Positions 1 to 9,274 of a stretch of DNA of 64,000 nt are shown in pieces. The notes beneath the pieces were generated by a model that worked only from the letters and a program-made list of their open reading frames with translations, did not search any database and had not been told where the DNA came from. Source of the stretch: a virus (Duplodnaviria > Caudoviricetes); IMG/VR virus record IMGVR_UViG_3300025640_001000, one strand, 5' to 3'. The position numbers and the translations under genes were made by a program. Position 1 is the first letter of the stretch. The number at the start of each line of letters is the position of its first letter.

Positions 1-1787
1 GAGATTTAAGTGGCGATAATAAATTGTCAGGTAAAGATATAGACATCAATTGGGCATACCTTCAAACAAAATTACTTGCAGAATCCGAGTGGTCGGAAAA
101 TATAGCAAAATCAAACGAAACTGATAAATGCAATGACAATCCTGCAAAATGCTCACCAGTTGATGCTCAAGGCAATGTTACTCAGGCAGTAAATAAATGT
201 GGAGATCCTGCAAACTGGAGGTTAAATGACACATATACAGGTAATGGTTCGAACGAATGCCCACCGTGTTGTCAATATCTTCCTACAAATTTCATTGAAA
301 AAATGCTCGATTTGTATGAAGCAAATCAGGGTGCGGGTATTGCAGAAACCAACACTGAATTTGGTCCTACTGTTGAAGACAATGTTGCCGATCTCCCTGG
401 TACACTTGAACTTGGTTCTCCACTTGGAAAACCTCAAGTAAATCTTTTAAAAAGGTGGACATTAGACGATCAACCAAACTCTTCATCTGACAACGGTGCT
501 ACCAGCAAAGCAGTGGAATCATTTTCAGGTGACTTGAGTGCAACTTTGAATGACGCGTGGTGGAGGGCAAAAACTACTGCAACGGATATGTTGCAACTCG
601 GGTCAACAGCTAGTGTAGAATTTGACACAGGTGGTGCTTTAAGCAACGAAGGAAACTGGACTATACATTTTAAAGCTATTCCAAACTGGGGATCGAGTGG
701 GAGCAATCAAATCCTTTCCATTGGAAACATGACCCTCTCAACTGGAAAAAAACTTTTGACTCTAAGAGAAGCAAATAACCGACCATATTATTTTGTATTT
801 CCTAATGAAGTAGAAAAATCTACATATAATAATCAGCTTATTGATTTTTATTTTCAAAGAGTTACACAGGGTGTTAAAATGTTTATAGATACTGGTACGG
901 GACCTAAATTATGTCCACAATCTGTTGTAGGTGTGATTCCTGTGATAATAGAAGACAACGATTCTCCTTTAATTATATACGGTACTGGTGTTAAGCACTT
1001 GAAAGATCTTTGGATTGCTGATGGTTCATTGAGTTCAACACAAATCACTAAAATGACTCAAGATAGGTTTGATGTATATAGAGCAAAAAATGATTTAAAT
1101 GTTAGTGAAGCATTTATCGGATTTTTGGATCAAACTAACGATATATACGGAAACTGGTTAAGAATTTTCCGAACCAATGACTCGGCTTTATGGAAAGGTC
1201 AACGACCAGACTTGTGGCAAACACCACCAGCTGGTTCGGCAAATGGATTTTCAACAAACAATAGAAATCATTGCTTGAAGTTAGGAGCCGATACTCGTAA
1301 CATGAAATTGGAAAATATAAATTTTAAAGGTAATTTTACCGTAGGGGCATGGATTAGAACTGGTAAGGTAGATGAACCTTTTATTAAATTTCAGGATATG
1401 TCAGACACGAAATCATTTGGTATCCAGGTGAATGGTGCTAAAACAAAACTGCAAACTAAAGCAACGGGATTATCTATGGCTTGGCCAGGACCTATAAATC
1501 ATGATTTTTCCACAATGGAAACTGACTGGTTTCATATTGTTATTGTCAAAAATCGTAATACAATTGGATTTTGGATAAACGGAGCAACGGGTGACGATAT
1601 GCACGTTACACTTTCTGATGCTGATATAAATGCACTTGGAAATACTAGATTTTGTTTTTTCGGAAGTACATCAAATCCGGTTTATATAGCAGATGTTCGT
1701 GCTTATCATTATGCATTAAGTCATGTTCCTGCAAATGGATTTGGACCAAGAAGTTCGTGGCCATTCATAGATGATATAAAAGCATAA
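1..1787 (+). CDS. 5'-truncated modular protein: dockerin/EF-hand-like motif, Cys-rich segment, two LamG/concanavalin-like domains (putative virion protein)
   Basis: The frame is open to the window edge (nt 3 onward reads DLSGDNKLSGKDIDINWAYL, dockerin-like), so TTG at 24 is probably not the start. The C-terminus has LamG motifs (FTVGAWIR, WFHIVIV, FWING, IADVRAY). Confidence 0.65.
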   Translation, partial: DLSGDNKLSGKDIDINWAYLQTKLLAESEWSENIAKSNETDKCNDNPAKCSPVDAQGNVTQAVNKCGDPANWRLNDTYTGNGSNECPPCCQYLPTNFIEKMLDLYEANQGAGIAETNTEFGPTVEDNVADLPGTLELGSPLGKPQVNLLKRWTLDDQPNSSSDNGATSKAVESFSGDLSATLNDAWWRAKTTATDMLQLGSTASVEFDTGGALSNEGNWTIHFKAIPNWGSSGSNQILSIGNMTLSTGKKLLTLREANNRPYYFVFPNEVEKSTYNNQLIDFYFQRVTQGVKMFIDTGTGPKLCPQSVVGVIPVIIEDNDSPLIIYGTGVKHLKDLWIADGSLSSTQITKMTQDRFDVYRAKNDLNVSEAFIGFLDQTNDIYGNWLRIFRTNDSALWKGQRPDLWQTPPAGSANGFSTNNRNHCLKLGADTRNMKLENINFKGNFTVGAWIRTGKVDEPFIKFQDMSDTKSFGIQVNGAKTKLQTKATGLSMAWPGPINHDFSTMETDWFHIVIVKNRNTIGFWINGATGDDMHVTLSDADINALGNTRFCFFGSTSNPVYIADVRAYHYALSHVPANGFGPRSSWPFIDDIKA

Positions 1788-1794
1788 TTTTACA

Positions 1795-2394
1795 ATGATA
1801 AACGATAAGCATAAGTTTATCTTTGTAAGAGTTACTAAAACTGCATCAACTTCTATAACTGATTGTTTAGAAAAAAGTGTAAAATTGGACTCATATAAAT
1901 GGTCAGTTGTCCAACTAGAAATAAAAGAAAAATGGCAGGATGACGAGAATCATATTCCGATGTGGTTCATAGAAGAAAATATTTCTGATAAAAAGTTTAA
2001 ATCTTACTTTAAATTTTCGTTTGTAAGAAATCCATTTGACAAGTTAGTATCAGCATATGGGTATGATATAAATTGGCATTGCAAGAATAAAATAAAAAAT
2101 GATAATTTAGATACCTTTGCTAGATATATTAAAAGTGGTTTTGGGACACGATTGAAAAACTCATCACAGTATGATTTTACATATGGATGTGATTTCATCG
2201 GAAGATTTGAAAACCTTCAAGAAGACATCAATGTTGTCTGCGACAAAATTAAAATTCCACAACAACAACTTCCACATAAAAACAAATCAAAACACAAATC
2301 TTACAGTGAATACTACGATGACGAAACAAAGCAAATTGTTGCGGAAAAATTCGCAAAAGACATTGAGTATTTCGGTTATGAATTTGGAGAATAG
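1795..2394 (+). CDS. Sulfotransferase family 2 protein
   Basis: KFIFVRVTKTASTS (5'-PSB loop), FSFVRNPFDKLVS (3'-PB motif), C-terminal DFIGRFENLQED...YFGYEFGE. Confidence 0.8.
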   Translation: MINDKHKFIFVRVTKTASTSITDCLEKSVKLDSYKWSVVQLEIKEKWQDDENHIPMWFIEENISDKKFKSYFKFSFVRNPFDKLVSAYGYDINWHCKNKIKNDNLDTFARYIKSGFGTRLKNSSQYDFTYGCDFIGRFENLQEDINVVCDKIKIPQQQLPHKNKSKHKSYSEYYDDETKQIVAEKFAKDIEYFGYEFGE

Positions 2395-2396
2395 GA

Positions 2397-2999
2397 ATGA
2401 AAAAATATACAATTACAAAATCGAAAGAAAGCAAGTATGTTTGGTTTCAAATAGCAAAAAATGCGTCGCGTACGACTGTCAATTATTTAAATGAAAACAC
2501 AAAGGTAGACTTTGGATTTCCACTCTACCTTAACAAAGATGCTGGATATCAAAAACCATATGAAAGTGAATATGATGACTATTTTAAATTTACAATAGTT
2601 AGAAATCCGTGGGATAGAATTTTAAGTTTTTATTTAAATAAAATACATGGCAAAGATGTGTACACAGAAAATTATTCCAGTTTTTCTGAATGTAAAACAC
2701 TTAGAGATACTATTTCAATATTAATGACAAAAAATCTTAAAGATTGTGATGTTCATTATCAACTACAAATCGAATGCTTTCCATCTGATAATATTGACTT
2801 TATAGGTCGTTTCGAAAACCTCCAACACGACTTCAATATAATCTGCGACAAAATCGGAATTCCACGACAACAACTTCCACACAAAAACAAAACAAAACAC
2901 AAACACTACACAGAATATTACGATGATGAAACTCGTCAAATTGTTGCAGAAAGATATGCACAGGACATTGAGTATTTCGGATATAAATTTGGAGAGTGA
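2397..2999 (+). CDS. Sulfotransferase family 2 protein
   Basis: WFQIAKNASRT, TIVRNPWDRILS, same conserved C-terminal block. Confidence 0.8.
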   Translation: MKKYTITKSKESKYVWFQIAKNASRTTVNYLNENTKVDFGFPLYLNKDAGYQKPYESEYDDYFKFTIVRNPWDRILSFYLNKIHGKDVYTENYSSFSECKTLRDTISILMTKNLKDCDVHYQLQIECFPSDNIDFIGRFENLQHDFNIICDKIGIPRQQLPHKNKTKHKHYTEYYDDETRQIVAERYAQDIEYFGYKFGE

Positions 3000-3002
3000 G
3001 GG

Positions 3003-3596
3003 ATGATTATATCTAAAAAACATAATTTTATTTATATTGCAGTTTCTAAAACAGGATCGACGTCGATACATAAAGCATTTTCAAATTTAGATGATGAAAC
3101 ACTTTTTATTGAAAAAGAAAATGAAGATAATAAAGATAGAGTTAATAAATTTATATATAAACATATTAAAGCAACTGACTTAAAAAAACAAATTGAAAAC
3201 TATGATGAACATTTTAAGTTTTCTTTCGTTAGAAATCCATATGATAGAGCTGTGTCTTGGGTTTACTATTATTATAGAAACAGAAAGATTAATTTAGATG
3301 AACACTCCTTTAAAGAATTAATTTTTAAATTCCCAGACTGGATATGGACCGGCCAACATGAGTTTCTATTTGAAGATAATAAAAATTCAATGAATTTTGT
3401 AGGTAAAGTTGAAAACTTCCAACAAGACTTCAACATAATCTGCGACAAAATTGGAATTCCAAAACAAGAACTTCCACACAAAAACAAAACAAAACATAAA
3501 CACTACACCGAATACTACGATAAAGAAACAAAACAAATTGTTGCAGAAAAATACAGGAAAGACATTGAGTATTTCGGATATGAATTTGGAGAATAA
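3003..3596 (+). CDS. Sulfotransferase family 2 protein
   Basis: FIYIAVSKTGSTS, FVRNPYDRAVS, same conserved C-terminal block. Confidence 0.8.
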   Translation: MIISKKHNFIYIAVSKTGSTSIHKAFSNLDDETLFIEKENEDNKDRVNKFIYKHIKATDLKKQIENYDEHFKFSFVRNPYDRAVSWVYYYYRNRKINLDEHSFKELIFKFPDWIWTGQHEFLFEDNKNSMNFVGKVENFQQDFNIICDKIGIPKQELPHKNKTKHKHYTEYYDKETKQIVAEKYRKDIEYFGYEFGE

Positions 3597-3599
3597 ACC

Positions 3600-4259
3600 G
3601 TGAATATATTTGAAGAAATGATTAATAAAACTGGAAAATCTAAAGATTTTTTTTTCATTCAGATAGGATCAAATGATGGAGTTCGAAACGATCCGTTATA
3701 CAAGTTTATCTGTAAATTTAATTGGTCTGGTATCTGTGTAGAACCTGTTCCTTATTTATATAATAAATTGCAAAAACTTCATGTGATGCGTAAAAATATT
3801 AGTTGCAGGAATGTTGCAGTTTCCTCCACTGGTGGTAATATGACTTTTTATTATATTAAAGAAAACCAACACGACCAAACAGACTGGGCGAGTGGTAACG
3901 GCCTGGGTTCTTTTAATAAAGAAATAGTAATGAAACATCAAAACGGAGTGTATGACTTTGATGATAATTTTTCTAAGATGGAGGTTAAGACGATTACATT
4001 TAGTGACTTAACTAGTGGTGTACCTAAAATTGATTTACTTCATATTGATGCAGAGGGGTATGATTTTGAAATAATTAAAACAATAGATTTTACTAAAACA
4101 ATACCTTCATTTATTTTGTTTGAACATAAGTGGTTAGATGATAAAAATGAAGTTTATGAATTTTTAAAAGAACATAAATATAAATGCTTAGACTTAAACA
4201 ATAAGTCGGATACACTTGCAATACACGAAGATTGCAAGCTTGCAGAGTACAATCGATGA
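3600..4259 (+). CDS. FkbM family SAM-dependent methyltransferase
   Basis: FIQIGSNDG, GICVEP, IDLLHIDAEGYDFEII motifs. Confidence 0.85.
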   Translation: MNIFEEMINKTGKSKDFFFIQIGSNDGVRNDPLYKFICKFNWSGICVEPVPYLYNKLQKLHVMRKNISCRNVAVSSTGGNMTFYYIKENQHDQTDWASGNGLGSFNKEIVMKHQNGVYDFDDNFSKMEVKTITFSDLTSGVPKIDLLHIDAEGYDFEIIKTIDFTKTIPSFILFEHKWLDDKNEVYEFLKEHKYKCLDLNNKSDTLAIHEDCKLAEYNR

Positions 4260-4969
4260 AAAAGGCAATTTACCAACTTACTATAAAACCATTAGAGTTT
4301 ACTGACATACGAAATAAAAAACAGGAATTCGAAGTAACCCGATGTATACCTACTGTGGTCGAGTATGCAAAAAATGTAAATGCAGATTATATAATGTTAA
4401 ACGAGGATAATCTACCGAGTTGGGTTCTAAATGAAATTATAAAAAAAGATGGTAGTTATGTAAGAGCATTGATTGCCAAATGTTTGTTATTTAAGGTATG
4501 GGCATCAACTGAATATGATCAAATTTTGTTTTTAGATAATGATATCCAAGTAATTGGAGAACGTGACATATTTAATGAAAATTTTGACATAGCAACTCGT
4601 CACTATGAAAAAATTAGACAAGACCGTGCGACTAAATACTTTGGTCGTCCAATGACCCCGTGTAATACCGCGGTCATGGTAATGAATAAAGAATATATTA
4701 AAAAGTTATCAAAAATAAAATTTAATTGGGAAGAGATGTTGAAAAAATGCCATGAATATAAAGGTAAAGTTGGCGAACGATACTTTAGTGGATATTTAGG
4801 TGAGTTTTTTTATATGCATTGTCTAGATGAATTAAAAACTAAACCAGTGGATTTATCTGTTGATAAATGGACTAAAGATTATATAGGATATAAATACAAT
4901 CCGAATTTCTTCAAAGATATTTCAGAATATAATTTTATTCACTGGGTTGGCACAGAATATTTAAAATAA
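4256..4969 (+). CDS. Putative GT-A glycosyltransferase
   Basis: YDQILFLDND (DxD), NTAVMV, terminal FIHWVG. The ATG at 4256 overlaps the upstream stop (ATGA). Confidence 0.6.
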   Translation: MKKAIYQLTIKPLEFTDIRNKKQEFEVTRCIPTVVEYAKNVNADYIMLNEDNLPSWVLNEIIKKDGSYVRALIAKCLLFKVWASTEYDQILFLDNDIQVIGERDIFNENFDIATRHYEKIRQDRATKYFGRPMTPCNTAVMVMNKEYIKKLSKIKFNWEEMLKKCHEYKGKVGERYFSGYLGEFFYMHCLDELKTKPVDLSVDKWTKDYIGYKYNPNFFKDISEYNFIHWVGTEYLK

Positions 4970-4979
4970 TATATGGTAA

Positions 4980-5003
4980 TTCGGATATGAGTTCGGAAAG
5001 TAA
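4980..5003 (+). pseudogene. Orphan 3' remnant of a sulfotransferase gene (FGYEFGK*)
   Basis: ttc gga tat gag ttc gga aag taa matches the paralogue ends (FGYEFGE*) but has no ORF upstream. Confidence 0.55.
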
Positions 5004-5019
5004 GTTTTTATAAAAACTC
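5003..5019. promoter_or_regulatory. Palindromic element AGTTTTTATAAAAACT(C), copy 1
   Basis: 16-bp perfect palindrome, 10 nt upstream of TACTTAT (5030). The same element recurs at 6990 and 47536. Confidence 0.55.
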
Positions 5020-5043
5020 GTATATACCATACTTATTATAATC

Positions 5044-5169
5044 ATGGAAACGATATTATTCATATTATTGGGAATGTTTATTGGTTGGAATTTCCCACAA
5101 CCTGCATATGCGAAATTTATTCAGAACAAGGTTCTTGATTTCGTAAGAAAACTTGTAAGCAAAAAGTAA
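5044..5169 (+). CDS. Small membrane protein, 41 aa (METILFILLGMFIGWNFPQPAYAKFIQNKVLDFVRKLVSKK)
   Basis: Below the ORF-track cutoff; preceded by the TACTTAT motif; N-terminal hydrophobic helix and basic tail. Confidence 0.6.
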   Translation: METILFILLGMFIGWNFPQPAYAKFIQNKVLDFVRKLVSKK

Positions 5170-5199
5170 TCTAATTTAAAAATTTTAGGAGAGATTGAT

Positions 5200-5310
5200 A
5201 TGGATATTATATTATTGTATATCGTTGTGGGTATGTTTGCGGAACACTTTCTTGGTATCGCAGGTAAAATTACAGAAGTAACTTACAACTACATCAAAAG
5301 AAAATTATAA
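5200..5310 (+). CDS. Small membrane protein, 36 aa (MDIILLYIVVGMFAEHFLGIAGKITEVTYNYIKRKL)
   Basis: AGGAG SD upstream; hydrophobic N-terminus resembling the previous ORF. Confidence 0.6.
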   Translation: MDIILLYIVVGMFAEHFLGIAGKITEVTYNYIKRKL

Positions 5311-5317
5311 AAACCAC

Positions 5318-5350
5318 TTGACATTTTCAGAACAATATACTATATTTATA
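5318..5350 (+). promoter_or_regulatory. Sigma70-type promoter for tmRNA, overlapping the TATTTATA motif
   Basis: TTGACA(5318)-17 nt-TATATT(5341); TATTTATA at 5343-5350. Confidence 0.65.
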
Positions 5351-5384
5351 TTCTTACTTGTTCATTGATAGTCAAATTTCTGTT

Positions 5385-5793
5385 GGGGGTATTCTGGATT
5401 CGATTTGTATTTAGATATCCAAACTGCACGTGAAGGATAATACACGGCCTTCTCAAAATGTATTAAATTGTTTAAATGGCGAAGATACATTCGTTGCAGA
5501 CCTTCTCGCAGACGCAGAAGCAGAATTCTCTGCTTTAGAAGAAGCGGAAGCTGTGTTGGTGGCATAAATAAGCCCACCCCGTCACCCAAATGATCACACG
5601 ACTAGTTTGGTGTTGGCGTCAACAATCGTGGAACCAGAGATTGTTTTTTCGTTGGAAACTCTGTATAACAATAAAACGAATAGAAAAGGTAGACTTGTTT
5701 GTTGGGTAACTTTTTGAAATTTACGACAAAATAAACGTGTAGACGTTTGGAAAGAAGAATAGAAAGACGCGGGTTCGACTCCCGCTACCTCCA
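5385..5793 (+). ncRNA. ssrA: tmRNA (SsrA); predicted tag (A)GEDTFVADLLADAEAEFSALEEAEAVLVA at 5478-5567
   Basis: Acceptor stem GGGGGTA/TACCTCC with G3:U70 and discriminator A; 5' GGATTCGA; T-arm GCGGG-TTCGACT-CCCGC; helix 2 TCCAAAC..GCACGT / ACGTGT..GTTTGGA; PK1 GAAGG/CCTTC plus TAATACA/TGTATTA; TAAAT before the resume codon; CCA not encoded. Confidence 0.93.
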
Positions 5794-5898
5794 GAAGTCT
5801 TTTAATTTAATATTGGAAGATTACTGAAGGTAGTTGAAAAACTACTTCCAACAGAGATTTGATTTGACAAATTATAAAAACTATCATATTTATATTGT

Positions 5899-6990
5899 AT
5901 GAGAATTGGTGTACCGAAAGAAATTAAAAAACACGAATATCGTGTGGGTCTTACACCCAGTGCAGTTAGCAAGTATGTTGCAGAAGGGCATCAACTTTTT
6001 GTGGAATCAAGTGCCGGACTAGGAACAGGATTCACAGACGATGATTATATTCAAGCAGGTGCTAGTATTTGTAATGTTAAAGATACATTCGGCAACGCAG
6101 ATATGATTATCAAAGTAAAAGAACCACAAATTTCAGAGTTACCAAATTTCCGCCGAGACCAAATACTTTTTACTTATCTGCATTTAGCTGCTGACAAAAA
6201 ATTAACCGAAGAACTGATAAACATTGGATTAACTTCAATTGCATACGAAACAATTCAGTTGCCAAATCATAGTCATCCTTGTCTTACTCCAATGAGTGAG
6301 ATTGCAGGTCGTTTAAGTGTCCAAGAAGGTGCTAAATACTTGGAAACACCCTTCGGAGGAGCAGGTATCCTTCTTGGTGGTATACCCGGTGTTAAACGAG
6401 GCAAGGTGGTCATTTTAGGAGGAGGTGTTGTTGGATTCAATGCAGCTAAAATTGCACAAGGAATTGGAGCATACACAAGTATACTTGATATATCACAAGA
6501 ACGACTTGCATATCTCGATGATGTATTTGGTTCGTCAGTTCAAACGTTGTTCAGTAACGATGCAAACATTGAATCGGAAATAGCAGATGCAGACGTTGTA
6601 ATCGGAAGTGTTTATGTTCACGGAGCATCTGCACCAAAACTAATTCGCAAGCATCATTTAAAAAGCATGAAGAAAGGTGCGGTGTTGGTTGACGTGGCAA
6701 TTGATCAAGGTGGATGCTTTGAAACAAGCAAAGCAACAACACACGATAAACCCATTTATGATGTTGATGGAATTGTTCATTACTGCGTAGCAAATATGCC
6801 AGGTGTAGTTCCACAAACAAGCACGGTTGCATTAAACAACCAAACACTTCGTTATGGTCTTGAAATTGCAAGTGGGATTTCACCCGACAAATACAATGAT
6901 GCTTTGAAATTGGGTGTTAATACACACGATGGTAAATTAATTTGCGAAGCAGTTGCGAATACGCACAATCTTCCTTTTTCTGCAATTTAA
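5899..6990 (+). CDS. ald: Alanine dehydrogenase
   Basis: MRIGVPKEIKKHEYRVGLTP, KVKEP, FTYLHLAA, PMSEIAGR, GGGVVG, DVAIDQGGCFETS, HYCVANMPG. Confidence 0.95.
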   Translation: MRIGVPKEIKKHEYRVGLTPSAVSKYVAEGHQLFVESSAGLGTGFTDDDYIQAGASICNVKDTFGNADMIIKVKEPQISELPNFRRDQILFTYLHLAADKKLTEELINIGLTSIAYETIQLPNHSHPCLTPMSEIAGRLSVQEGAKYLETPFGGAGILLGGIPGVKRGKVVILGGGVVGFNAAKIAQGIGAYTSILDISQERLAYLDDVFGSSVQTLFSNDANIESEIADADVVIGSVYVHGASAPKLIRKHHLKSMKKGAVLVDVAIDQGGCFETSKATTHDKPIYDVDGIVHYCVANMPGVVPQTSTVALNNQTLRYGLEIASGISPDKYNDALKLGVNTHDGKLICEAVANTHNLPFSAI

Positions 6991-7060
6991 GTTTTTATAA
7001 AAACTCTCCCTTCTCCATATTTATAGTTGGAGATTTTGTGATTTATTGTAAGGGAGAGTT
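6990..7060 (+). promoter_or_regulatory. Palindrome copy 2 plus TATTTATA promoter motif inside an RBS-sequestering hairpin
   Basis: AACTCTCCCTT(7002-7012) pairs with AAGGGAGAGTT(7050-7060); CTCCA(7013-7017) pairs with TGGAG(7028-7032); loop is TATTTATAGT. Confidence 0.65.
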
Positions 7061-7061
7061 G

Positions 7062-7295
7062 ATGATGGAATATGAAGTAATTGATACTTTTGGTAATCGA
7101 GTTATTGGTGTATACGAAACGAGGGATGCCGCGATATATGCAATTAGATTGTATTGTGTACAAAAGATGATGAACAAGGTGAGTTTGTTTGACCAAGACT
7201 TTGTGAATCTTGTTGAAAACGGAACTGAGATAACATATGAAAACCCACTTGGTTATTTCCCCACAAAACCAAAGTTTTTATTAAACGAAGTATGA
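7062..7295 (+). CDS. Hypothetical protein (MMEYEVIDTFGNRVIG...)
   Basis: Start moved to the ATG after the AGGGAG SD; stop overlaps the next start. Confidence 0.6.
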   Translation: MMEYEVIDTFGNRVIGVYETRDAAIYAIRLYCVQKMMNKVSLFDQDFVNLVENGTEITYENPLGYFPTKPKFLLNEV

Positions 7296-7855
7296 TAAGT
7301 CATACCCACAATTTTATTTTTATTCACATTCCCAAAACAGGAGGATCTTCAGTTGATGATGTATTGAAGAAGTATGTAAGGCGATGGGTTCTGCATGAAT
7401 ATGTATATCCAGATGCAGTACATAAAGCAGAAAAACGCAACGGATTCAAAAACTATTTTTCGTTTTGCTTTGTTAGAAATCCGTGGGATAAAATAGTTTC
7501 TCAGTATCATTTTAATCGGGATAAGTTCGGCATGACGGATTATACGTTTGACGAATATGTTCATGCGTTCAATGAAGGCAAAAGAATTTCTTGGTTTAAT
7601 CCGGACTTTTTGTCATGGATGACTGACGATGACGGTAATATGCTTATGGACTTTGTAGGAAGGTTTGAAAAATTGCAGGAAGATTTTGATTATGTATGTG
7701 ACCAAATTAAAATTCCAAAACAAGAACTTCCACATCACGTTAAAACTGAAAACAGAACACATTATACAGAATACTATAACGAAGAAACAAAGCAAATAAT
7801 TGCGGAAAAATACATGAACGACATCGAGTATTTCGGGTATGAATTTGGAATCTGA
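7292..7855 (+). CDS. Sulfotransferase family 2 protein
   Basis: MISHTHNFIFIHIPKTGGSS, FVRNPWDKIVS, YFGYEFG. Confidence 0.85.
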   Translation: MISHTHNFIFIHIPKTGGSSVDDVLKKYVRRWVLHEYVYPDAVHKAEKRNGFKNYFSFCFVRNPWDKIVSQYHFNRDKFGMTDYTFDEYVHAFNEGKRISWFNPDFLSWMTDDDGNMLMDFVGRFEKLQEDFDYVCDQIKIPKQELPHHVKTENRTHYTEYYNEETKQIIAEKYMNDIEYFGYEFGI

Positions 7856-7856
7856 T

Positions 7857-8744
7857 ATGATCACTCATAGTATGGCATATACATTGCACACATTTGGGTC
7901 ATTTCATAAGATATATTTCTCGGTTTGGTTTGCAGATGATGATACCGATTTACCAATGCATATCAAAACTATATTAAAATGGAATGCCAAGTGCTTGATA
8001 AAATTTAACATTCCTCTTGTAGTTTTATATACAGGAACAAAAGTTGGAAATACATTAAACAAACTACATAAAAATGTTTTGAGTATCAATGCTACATCTT
8101 ATATGAAAAATGAGTTGTCGGTTGCATTAACAAACACTTACACAAACGAACGAACTACTCCAGACGAATTTGAGATAATGTGCTATCAACGATTTATAGT
8201 TGCATCTCACATATTTAAAAAAACAAACACTCAATTAACTCATCTTGATTGTGACTTTATGATCACACGTGATTTGTTGCATGAGGTAGAATCAACATCA
8301 ATGAGTTGTGATATTAAATCATTCGGCACAGGATGTACTCCGTGTGTTTGGTTCAATGGAGTTCAGCAACTTGAAAACTTTTGCAATTACTTTTCAGAAA
8401 GTCCACAAAAATGTGACATGATTGCTTTGCAAAAATACATTGAAGAAATTCCTGTGCATTTTGAAAAAATTTTGTTGCATGAGCAGTTTCGTAAGTATTT
8501 AAAAAATAACGCATTTCCATCTTATTCAATTCGTGCTAAAATCGGAAAAATATGTAAATTATACAACATTGACATTCCTTCGGATAAAACAGACAAACAT
8601 TTTTTAAAACAGATATCAAATTTTTTTGAGTTTGATAAGTTTTCTATTCGGATGAATGAAGAGAGTGTTCCATTTATTCACTTTCAGGGTTGGTCACGTG
8701 GACTTGCAAAATATATTTTTAAACATTCTCCGTTGACATTGTAA
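7857..8744 (+). CDS. Putative glycosyltransferase-like protein
   Basis: CYQRFIV, HLDCD (DxD), CDM, C-terminal IHFQG. Confidence 0.45.
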   Translation: MITHSMAYTLHTFGSFHKIYFSVWFADDDTDLPMHIKTILKWNAKCLIKFNIPLVVLYTGTKVGNTLNKLHKNVLSINATSYMKNELSVALTNTYTNERTTPDEFEIMCYQRFIVASHIFKKTNTQLTHLDCDFMITRDLLHEVESTSMSCDIKSFGTGCTPCVWFNGVQQLENFCNYFSESPQKCDMIALQKYIEEIPVHFEKILLHEQFRKYLKNNAFPSYSIRAKIGKICKLYNIDIPSDKTDKHFLKQISNFFEFDKFSIRMNEESVPFIHFQGWSRGLAKYIFKHSPLTL

Positions 8745-8773
8745 GTTTTGTTGGGTAATATAATGTTTGTTAT

Positions 8774-9274
8774 ATGCCTAAAACCAAAAAAACTAAACCA
8801 AAGAAAAAACCTTCAAACAATTTAGGTCCTAAGAAAAAGACTTTGTTTGATCACATCAATCACATTCGTGAGAAAAAGAATGAAAGATATTTTGACACAC
8901 TCACCGATGAAGATAAAAAGACATTTGTAAATTACATGGTAAATCGTTTTTTGTCAATGGATATGAATCTCGTTGAAGTAATTGATGAGTTACAAAAACA
9001 CGCAGTTGGATTGAAACCCAAAGATTATTATCGTGTTCTTCGTGAAGTTGTTCCGAACGGCCGTGCTTTTCACAAGTATATTAAATCTGCAAAAGAAGAA
9101 AAAAACAATTCGGATTTGGTTTCATTGATTTCAGAGCATTATGAAGTTAGTAAAGCTAATGCCGATGAGTATATTGATTTGTTCAAGTCATCTGAAGACG
9201 GAACAAATGAACTTGAAGAGTTGCTCATTAAGTATGGCAAAGAACCCAAAGAAATTAAAAAGTTATGTTCGTAG
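8774..9274 (+). CDS. Clamp loader small subunit (T4 gp62-like)
   Basis: LFDHINHI...KKTFVNYMVNRFLSM...YIK pattern typical of T4-like clamp loader subunit A; TTGACA at 8733 upstream. Confidence 0.7.
   Translation: MPKTKKTKPKKKPSNNLGPKKKTLFDHINHIREKKNERYFDTLTDEDKKTFVNYMVNRFLSMDMNLVEVIDELQKHAVGLKPKDYYRVLREVVPNGRAFHKYIKSAKEEKNNSDLVSLISEHYEVSKANADEYIDLFKSSEDGTNELEELLIKYGKEPKEIKKLCS

Noticed and set aside
5362-5589. 75-aa minus-strand ORF
   Set aside because: Antisense shadow of the tmRNA
5766-5793. Stand-alone tRNA suggested by GGTTCGACTCCC
   Set aside because: It is the T-arm and acceptor 3' half of the tmRNA; no anticodon arm
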